Assembly: GCA_004431415.1 (NCBI GenBank) | Contig: QPMI01000667.1 | Coordinates: 1 to 64,000 of the forward strand | Length of the DNA stretch: 64,000 nt | Origin: Cyanophora paradoxa CCMP329 | Taxonomy: Eukaryota; Plantae; Glaucophyta | Direction of reading: 5' to 3' | Shown here: one piece after another, positions 56,415-64,000 of the stretch | How positions within the stretch are numbered: the first letter of the stretch is position 1 | Layout: each line of letters opens with the position of its first letter | Position numbers and translations under genes: made by a program | The notes under the pieces: model-generated | Told to the model about the DNA's origin: nothing | The model's database searches: none | What the model saw: only the letters and a program-made list of their open reading frames with translations

Positions 56415-57306
56415 GGCCAGAACGCCGAGCTGCGCGCCCGTCCCCACGCAGCTGGCATTGGCGCCCCTGTACTTTCAAGCTTCCCCCCTCTGTAGAGTCC
56501 CTGTAATTTTTCTCGTAGCTCTGTATTCATGCATGCGCATGTTTGAATCGTGAATCTCGAAAACTGCCGACTTGCCGAATGCTTCTGCTGCGCATGCGTT
56601 GAGCTCAAACGTTGACGCCGCCAAGGCCCAAGGCGCACGGTGGTCCGGGTACAGTGTCAAGTCCGTGATCGCCGAAGTTGAGTTCGTGCTCTAGACATGG
56701 CTCTCGGCGCTAAGCTGAACAGCGCTCGCTCTGTCAGCCGTTGCCCCAGCTAGCTGCGTGCGCTGCTTTGAAGCTTCCAGTCGGCTGTACTCGCCGAGCC
56801 GCGGGCACCAAAAGAGGCTGTGACCCTGCAGGTGCGCTGTGCTGGTATTCTATCTCGTTCCCTTTTCCTGACAGTCGGTTCCCTGATCGCGCAGGCGCAC
56901 ATCGAAGGACGACGCGCGATCGCGACCTCGCTCTTCAGCCCGCGCATTCGCTTGGCCCGCGTTGCTCATACATCCGCAGTGAAGATACTCTTCGTTTGAG
57001 CAATCTTTATCGCATCAACGAGTTCGACTTTGCGCGTCGTCCGACTCTTCAGCTCCCGATCCCGAGCGTCCCGAGTCCGATCTCGCATCCCGCATGGATG
57101 GGGTGAGCGCCCGCCCCACCCACGCGACGCGCGGCACCATTAAATGATGAATGCATAACATGGAATTACCGTCCTAGCCTCACGAAGGCCTGAGGATAAC
57201 TTGCGGCTTTTTACTGATTCTGTGGCCAGCGCCTGCATAATTAGCCCATGCCCTTCGGCTCTCCAGCCGCCTCCTGACCGCCCTCCTGCCGCAGATGATC
57301 GATCTC

Positions 57307-57388
57307 CGGCATCCGCAGACTTCCGATCCCTCCGGCCGGCCTTGATCGGCATCCGCAGACTTCCGATCCCTCCGGCCGGCCTTGATCG
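57307..57388. repeat. 40-bp perfect tandem duplication
   Basis: cggcatccgcagacttccgatccctccggccggccttgat x2. Confidence 0.95.
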
Positions 57389-57688
57389 ATGCGAGCCCCT
57401 TGTTTAAGACAGTCGCAGTGCTTCTTGAATACACGCATCTTTGAATGCAAAGCGTCCACACACGCTGCTCCTCGCTTTGGCCCTACCACGAACTGTACTA
57501 GTACCACTAGTAGTACCACGACGTGATCCATTTTCGTGGTCCATTCCACCCACGCAACGTTCCTCGTCCTTCAATAATACGAAGAGCGTGAATGATTTTC
57601 CAATGAGCTTTTTGATTGAATGATTGTTCGACGAGCTTCTTGATTTCGAATGCATTAACAATCGAAGAGCCACCGTAGACATAAATAA

Positions 57689-60600
57689 TCAAGGGCGCAG
57701 CGGGGCGCCCCACCAGAACTTATTGCATGGGACGCACTGGAATTTGGTCCCCGGCTGGTTACCCCTCTGGCGGGCGGTTGTTAACGAAGGTGCACGCGTG
57801 CGGGCTGGGAGGGGGGCGCGCCTTGTCGTTCAGGCCCTCCTCGTAGTGCGTCGCCGGCTCGTGGCACTGCTTGCACTGCGCCCACGGCTGCGCGAGCACC
57901 CGCGGGTCCAGCGCTGCATGCTGCTGCACAGCCCGTCAGGCCCCGCGAGACGGGGGTAAGCAGGCCGAGACGCACCCCGTGCCGGCCTCCCTGCGGCTGC
58001 CGCCCGCCGCGGCCCTCGAAATTCCGAGGACCGTCGCGCTCCCGCGGGGGCGGCTCCCACTCCCGGGGGCCCCCACCGCGCTCCCGGAACCCGCCGCGCT
58101 CCTGAAGCCCGTCGCGGTCCCGTGGGCCGTCCCTCGCGGGGCGGGGCCCGGGCAGGTCCCTCGGGTGCGGGGCGAGGGGGTCCATCGGGTGGGGCCGCGC
58201 CGGCCCCTCCCGCGGGGCGTCCCGGAAGCCCGACACCTCCTCGTCCGACCCCTTGCCCTTCGCCCACGACCGCTTCCGCTCCCGCTCCCCGGCGCCCGCC
58301 GCCGCCGCCGGCCCGCCGCCGCCGGCCGCCCCGGGGCCGCTGGCGCCGCCGCGGGGCGGCGATGTCGTGCCGGGGACCGAGACGACGCTCCGGGGCTGCG
58401 GGCGCGCAGCGGGGGCCGGCGCTGACGCCAAGGCCGCCGTGGACGGGGCGGCTGGCTGGGGTGGGGCGGGCGGGGCGGCGGCGGAGCCGAAGCCGAGCCT
58501 CCTCACCGCCTCCTCGGCCTCGAGGCGCGCCGCCCGCACCCGCGGGTCGTCCGGCAGCAGCCGCGGCGGCGGCGAGGGCGAGCGCCGCCCCGCGCCCCCG
58601 CCGGCGAGGTGCCGCCCTTCGCCGGCGGCGACCGCGGCGGGCTCGCGCGGCGCGGGCTCCGTTTGCCGCGGGGAGGCGAGAAGGGCCGGCCGCCACGCGG
58701 GGCGAGGGGGGTCGAGCCCCGCGGGGGGCGAGGGGCGACCACCGCGCGGGGGCGAGCCAGGGCGGCCGCCGCGCGGTGGGGAGGGGCGGCCGCCGCGCGG
58801 TGGGGAGGGGCGGCCGCCGCGCGGAGGAGAAGCCAAGCGATTGCCGCGAGGCGGAGAGCCCGGGCGGCTGGCACGCGGGGGCGAGCCAGGCCGGACGCCG
58901 CGAGGTGGGGAGCCGGGGCGGCCGCCACGAGGCGGCGAGCCGGGCGGACCCCGCGAGGCGGCGAACCTGGGCGGCCGCCGCGCGGGGAGAAGCGAGCCGG
59001 GCGCCGCGCGGAGGCGAATTGAACCGGCCGCCGCGGGGAGGTGAGGTGGGCCGGCCGCCGCGCGGCGGGCTGCGATTACGCGGCGGGGAGAGGGCAGGCG
59101 GCCGGGGCCAAAGCGAGGGGGGCTCCGGCCTCGTGCGGGGCTCCGGCGCGGGCTGCGGCCGACAGGACCAGCGCGGGGCGGGCTCCGGCCGACAGGGCGG
59201 GGCGGGCCGCTGCTGAATCCGCCGGAGGCGCCCGGGAAGGGCAGCGCAATGCGCTTGCGGGCCGGGGAGGGGGAACGGTCGCCCCGGACGGGAGGCGAGG
59301 GCGAGCGGGGCGGCGGCGGGTGGGGAGCGGCTGCGGGGCTTGTCCGCGGGCGAGACGCGTGGCGCTCCGCGGGCGCGGGCGCCAGGCGAGCGCGAGGCGG
59401 GCCGGGCGCCGGGGCGGGCGCCTGGCGAGCGGGAGCTCCGACGGGGCGGCGAGGCGGGCCGGCGAGGCGGCGAGCGGGAGGTCCGGCGGGGGGCGGGGAG
59501 CGGCGGGGCGGAGAGCGCGGCCGCGGGGCACTGTCGCTAACGGGGGAGAGGGGGCGCTTGCGCGGGGGCGAGGGGCGCCCGGGCCGGCGGTCCCGCCTCA
59601 CGGGCGCCCTGCTCTCCTCCAGGGAGCGACCCAGCTCCTCAAGTTCCTGCGGCGACGCTTAAGTCGGCGGCAGGCGGCGGGCGGGCGGGCGAGGATCAGG
59701 CCGCGCACAGCGTCGGACAGGGCGGCGAGCTTCGCGGGGGCCGTCGTGCCGCGGGCGACGGACCACGGGAGCTCCTTGAAGCGGGGGTCCCGCAGGGCGC
59801 CCTGCAGGGCCACCAGCCGCTCCGCGTACCGCGCCCGGTCCCCGCCGGCCACGCGCCACGCCTCCGCCTCGATCGCTGTCGCGGCCTCCTCCACCTGCTT
59901 CGTCATCCCTGCCGGCCAGCGCACGGCCCCGTCAGGGCTCCTCTAGCACGCGGCGCGAGGGCGGGCGGGGGTACCGGGAACGCGGTCGTCCAGGGCATTC
60001 GCGAGGGCCTTCCGATGGGCGGCCCGCGCGGCCGCCTCGTCGCCCTCTGAGCGGCGCAGTCGGCGGCGGCGGAGCGGCGGGCCCGGCTGGCATCCGCGGC
60101 GCACCGGGCAGGGGCGAGGCTGCGGCGGCGGCGCCCGGCTTGCCGGCGGCGGCGGTTGGGGCGGCCGGGGCGGGGGCGCGGCGACGCGGGGAGGGCTCGG
60201 GGAGGGGCGAGCGGGGCCGCGTGGCGCGCCCGAGGACGGGGCCGTCGACATACTTGCGGACGACGGCTCGACAGAGGTTGTCGAGCTCCCTGTCCGGGTG
60301 CTTCAGCATCGGATCCAGCATCTCCACCAGGTTCGTGCCCTGCCGCCACCCGCCCCGCGCGTCGGCCCTCCGAGCGCCGGCGCCCCCGCGCCGCGCGGCG
60401 GGCACCTTGACGACGTCCTTCGGGACGCTCGTGTCGCGCAGCTGGGCGAGGATCGGCACGACGGCCTCCTTCAGGGCCTGCGCCGCCGTCGGCCGCCGGG
60501 CACGGCCCCGCCCCGGGGCCGGCGGGGCACAGCGCACGGGGCCCTCCAGCTTCAGCGCTGCCTCCAGCTCGTCCTTCAGGGCGAAGAAATCCGCGTGGGA

Positions 60601-61320
60601 CGCCTGCATCGCCGGCTCGGCGCTCGGCGCGGAACCGCCGGTGGGCGGGGCCGCGCGGGGCCGCGTGGGGGCGGGCCTACCGCGTCCAGGGGCACGGCGG
60701 CCGCCGCGGGGGCTTGCGGGCCAGCAGAGGCGGCGGCGATGGACTGCGACGGGGCGTCAAGGAGGGCCCGCTGCCGGGAGCGCTCCGGGGGGCGCCGGGG
60801 CTCACCCGCCGGGCCGGCTTCTGGGAGGCGCGGGGCTCCTCCTCCTCGCGGCCGGCCTGAGGAGGGGGCTCGCGGGGGCGCGGGCGCCGCGAGGGGGGGC
60901 GGGCAGCTGACCGCGAAGAGGTCCTCCTCGCCCTCGCCCTCGTAGAGGACCTCCTCGGCGTCGGCCATGCTGAGCCACTCGTCGCCCTCGGCGAGCCGCT
61001 CCGGCGGCCGCTCCTCGCTCTCCTCCAGCACGTCCTCGCCCACAGGCTCGCCCGACGACTCGAAGAAGCGCGAGACCGACTCGGACGACTCGAAGGCGCC
61101 CACGTCCGGCATCGACGCCGACGCCACCGGCGGCGGCAGCGGCACGCTCGAAGGCTCCTCGAACGCCGCGAGGTCGCCCGCGGACGACGGCAGCGCGTCC
61201 TGCGCTGCCCGCGCCTGGTGCTGCTGCTGGCTTCGGCGGAGCGAGTTGACCGAGGCCGGGGTGACGGCGACCGTTGCGGGGCGTGCGGTAGACGGGGAGA
61301 TGCTCGCTCCGGGATCATCC
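57689..61320 (-). CDS. TFIIS-like protein: TFIIS-N, TFIIS central domain, SPPR-repeat insert and a C-terminal C4 zinc ribbon lacking the catalytic DE; may continue upstream into the SAM exons
   Basis: ILAQLRDTSVPKDVVK|GTNLVEMLDPMLKHPDRELDNLCRAVVRKY (domain I-like); RKALANAL..AATAIEAEAW...RYAERLVALQGALRDPRFKEL..V.RG...PAKLAALSDA|EL (domain II-like); last two exons give QCKQC-x24-CVPCNKFW. Stop at 57689-57691. Confidence 0.8.
58620..59100 (-). repeat. Coding minisatellite of 24/27-nt units encoding GGRP(G)SPPR
   Basis: Repeated cggccgccgcgcggtggggaggg / gcgagccagg-type units; about a dozen SPPR motifs, some in shifted frames. Confidence 0.8.
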
Positions 61321-61487
61321 TGTGCAACGGAGCGAACAAGGGAACGCGACGAGGCGCCGGGGTGAGACAACAAGAGGAAGAATGCCGAGTTTAGTGATCT
61401 CTTCTTCGTTAGACGATGCGGCAGGCGACAGCCAAGGGTGATGATGGTGGAAACGAGACTGATAACGAAAAAGGATGCACGTCTCCC

Positions 61488-62146
61488 CTAGTACCACGGT
61501 CGGCGAGCGCTGGGTGGACGCCGCATGGACCGATGAACGTCGGTGCCCGGTCGAGGCGGATAAGAGTAACGCGGAAGCGTAAACGGGAGTACGACAGAGG
61601 ACGATGAGCTACGGATGGGACGGATGGGAGCAGCGCGACGTCCCCGGAGACCCGCTCTGCCACATGTGACCCCAGGCTGCAACGAACTTGCCTTTGTTGG
61701 GTTGCGAAGGACGTCTGCACACCAAGAGAAGTTAGTTTGCGATCCTGCGCAGCCGGGCCAGGAACCCCGCACCGAGGCCAGCTGTCGAGGGTGCGCCTTC
61801 CGGCTCTGACATACGGGGTGACTCGATCAGGCGGCTTCCCGCTGTCGGAATGTTCTCGTGACGAAAACGCACTCTGCTTTGCGGACTTCGCCAGCTGCCG
61901 CTCGCTGACAGTCGCAGCGGCCTTCTGGATCTTGATCTGGTGGCCGATGACCTTGATCCCCATTTCACTCATCTGATAACGCGTTAGCTAACAAAGAGGG
62001 CGCCATTCGTACGCGCGGACCATGTCTCGCGTGAGCATGGGCAGGTCATCCACCATCACTTCCTGTTCGACGAAGATCTGCGCGTACTTGTGTGCGACCG
62101 ACGCATCGAGCCCCGCCTCCTCCAGGGCCCGCCTGAGCGCGTCCAT
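61488..62146 (-). CDS. SAM-domain coding exons (separate small gene or N-terminus of the TFIIS-like gene)
   Basis: MDALRRALEEAGLDASVAHKYAQIFVEQEVMVDDLPMLTRDM|MSEMGIKVIGHQIKIQKA is a canonical SAM domain. Splicing downstream of it is unresolved. Confidence 0.75.
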
Positions 62147-62404
62147 CTTGTCGCTTGTATGTACCCCCAACCCCCAAGTTTCGCGGCAAGTACAGCAAGT
62201 AGCAAGTACTAGCGACAACTTTCGGCGCAATTAGCGGTCCCCGGTCCACGGTCCACCCGGCCGGCCGCGAACAACCCCGCCGGCCTAGGAGCCGCGCCGG
62301 CCGCGGGCTCCGATCCGCCCGTCCGGCACGCGGCTCGCGCGCTCGAGGAACAGGCTGGCGGTTCAGCGAGGACCGCGCGGCGGTTCGGCAGGCGCCTGCG
62401 GCTC

Positions 62405-63578
62405 ATGGAGATGCAGATAGGGTGCGCATGCGGCGGCAGCTAGGGTTTCGAAGGGGGCGCAACCGGCCGACGCGCACCCGCAGGGACATATGCGCATTGC
62501 CGGGGTGCAGGCAACTCGGTGCGCACCGCGCATCGTCGGCCGGGCTGCGCGCTGCGCCGGGCTCCTCCGACCCCAGCTACCTCCGCTGCCCGAGCCCCCT
62601 CCGACACCCCAGCATCCGCCGCTAATCACGAGCTGGCGCGCAGATTTCCTCCCTTTCAAATGCCCGCACTGCACGAAGAGGTACTGCTTGATCCACCGAG
62701 ACGTTTTTGCACACGACTGTCCCGAGGCGCCCGAGGAGGTCCGGATCCCCGCCGCCCCTCTCTCAATCACGGCCGCCGCGCTGACGCCCGCGCAGGCGTA
62801 CGTCGTGCCGGTCTGTCCCCTTTGCAACAAGGCGAGCCGCCCTGCCAGTGGCCCCGCTCGCCGCGCCCCCCCCCCCCCCCCCCCCCCCCCCCGCAGCCGC
62901 GCTGACCCACCGCTGCAGCCCGTCTCCTGCAGTAAAGGGGAGGTGACTTGGCCCTCCCACTCTCTCTCTCTCTCTCTTTCTAATTACGCTCCGCTGCGCT
63001 CAGGACCCCAATTCGAAAGTAGATGACCGTGCGCACTGCGCCCGCACCGCCCGTCTCGACGTTCGCCCGTAACCGGTACCCGCCCTCTACAGATATCGCG
63101 AACGGCTGTACTGTGAATGAGCCATCTCCCTACGTGAAATGCTCCCTCTCAAGCTGTAGTACTCGAGAGGTGAACCCCCGGCCGCCCTCTGCCCTCCCAG
63201 GTGCCCCTCCCTCTCCCCTGAGACGTGTGCCTGCAGCCCGTTCCGATGGTCTGCCGCCGCTGCCAGCTCCCTTTCTGTATACGGTGCGACCATCCAGGCC
63301 CTCGCAAACCCGACCCCCCGCGCCCCGCCCGAGCGAGCGGCGCGCCGCCGTGCACACGCAGGCATAGGCTCGACATGGACCACGCCTGCGTGGCGCTCCC
63401 CGTCAAGCCAGAGTCCGGGCCAGCCTCGCCGCGGCGGCTCCCCAGGACTGCCGCCTCGCCGGGGGACGAGCCGTATGAGCGCAAGGAGCGCCCATCGCCC
63501 TTCTCGGCCGCCTGCTGCCGCTGGTGCGCCTGCGGCTCCGACGGCAAGGTCGAGGCCGCCGCCTGCGCCATCATGTGA
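62405..63578 (+). CDS. AN1-type zinc-finger protein (ZFAND2/AIRAP-like) with C-terminal CaaX
   Basis: IG|DICALPGCRQL|DFLPFKCPHC..YCLIHR...HDC, VPVCPLCNK|PV, DPNSKVDD|HIANGC, second AN1 CRRCQLPFCIR|HRL..DHAC; ends in CAIM. Confidence 0.9.
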
Positions 63579-64000
63579 CCCCTGGCGCCGCCCTGGCCAT
63601 GCCGTCGCCCTCAAGCCTTCAGGGCCTCGGTGGCCGGGCTTCGTGATTTGTGGCTTCGGCCTTGCCAGTTGTAGTTTATGCTCAAGATCTAGAGAGATTT
63701 CTCCAGGCATTTGAGGTGTATTTCCATATGACTCAGTAGTAGTATTTTTCTTTAATAAATTTGAATTGCATGTGTGGTGAACTTCGAAAATTCTTTGCAT
63801 GAGTTGTGAATTCGAAGTGAATTTAGCTTAAAACTTAGTTATAGTATACGTACGCGTATGCGTTAATATGCGAGGCTTCGAGCTACTAGCTGTAGCTGCG
63901 TAGGCCACTGGGCCAGCGCTAGCACTCGAGTTCACGAGGCGTGCCGCGGCGCGGCCGGCGCCCCGGCCGCCGGGCCGCGGCCGCGGCGCCGGCGGCGGGG

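Noticed and set aside
57404-57713. Minus-strand ORF fragments with several in-frame TAG codons (possible recoding or pseudogene)
   Set aside because: This is the 3' flank of the TFIIS-like gene. The stops come from the TA-stutter sequence and there is no recognisable protein similarity. Genes in the window end in TAA, TAG and TGA, so the code is standard.
19926-63578. Functional cluster of lipid-modified proteins (MG.., MGCC, MVCGCC, CaaX) with ACBP and an HDAC11-like enzyme, or a cilium cluster (dynein, CEP70, NPHP3-like)
   Set aside because: The genes are interspersed with unrelated housekeeping genes and no shared regulatory motif was found, so chance is sufficient.
1-64000. Hundreds of long Arg/Gly/Pro/Ala-rich ORFs on both strands, suggesting overlapping or antisense genes
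   Set aside because: Expected from very high GC content and scarce stop codons. They are shadow frames or read-through of GC-rich introns.
1-64000. tRNA, rRNA or snRNA genes
   Set aside because: No cloverleaf, rRNA or Sm-site/snRNA signature was recognised by eye. A tRNAscan-SE/Infernal run would be needed to exclude them.

Overview
Eukaryotic, very GC-rich, intron-dense genomic DNA with about 22 protein-coding genes broken by roughly 50-90 nt introns. The ORF track is therefore mostly misleading, and the gene models below were assembled by hand from spliced fragments. Two genes have simple (non-bipartite) plastid-type transit peptides with an early Phe, one of them on a cyanobacterial-type ArgD. 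Together with centriole/cilium genes, this suggests a flagellated primary-plastid alga, most consistent with a glaucophyte such as Cyanophora (inference). Genes from left to right: cytoplasmic dynein-1 heavy chain (5' part, running off the left end), Nta1-type N-terminal amidase, TRIC/TMEM38 channel, CEP70-like, Pro-rich ricin-B-like protein, ACBP-domain protein, class IV-like HDAC, Maf, DUF4062-NACHT-TPR (NPHP3/NLR-like), Unkempt-type zinc finger fused to a DEDDy exonuclease, eIF2D, unknown mitochondrial-type membrane protein, CTU1, orphan response regulator, RWP-RK factor, plastid Met-tRNA formyltransferase, START protein, PKR1-like, ArgD, TFIIS-like protein, SAM-domain exons and an AN1 zinc-finger protein. 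Highlights: (1) a strongly deviant 5' splice-site code (about 40% GC donors, consensus G[T/C]SCGC, almost no GTRAG) that predicts altered U1/U6 recognition; (2) a TFIIS paralogue whose zinc ribbon has lost the catalytic acidic hairpin and has an SPPR-repeat array inserted before it; (3) a STAND NTPase whose Walker-A GKS sits on a 9-nt symmetric microexon and whose TPR units are 126-nt phase-0 exon cassettes; (4) an Unkempt-ZnF/exonuclease fusion. No rRNA, tRNA or CRISPR array was seen.
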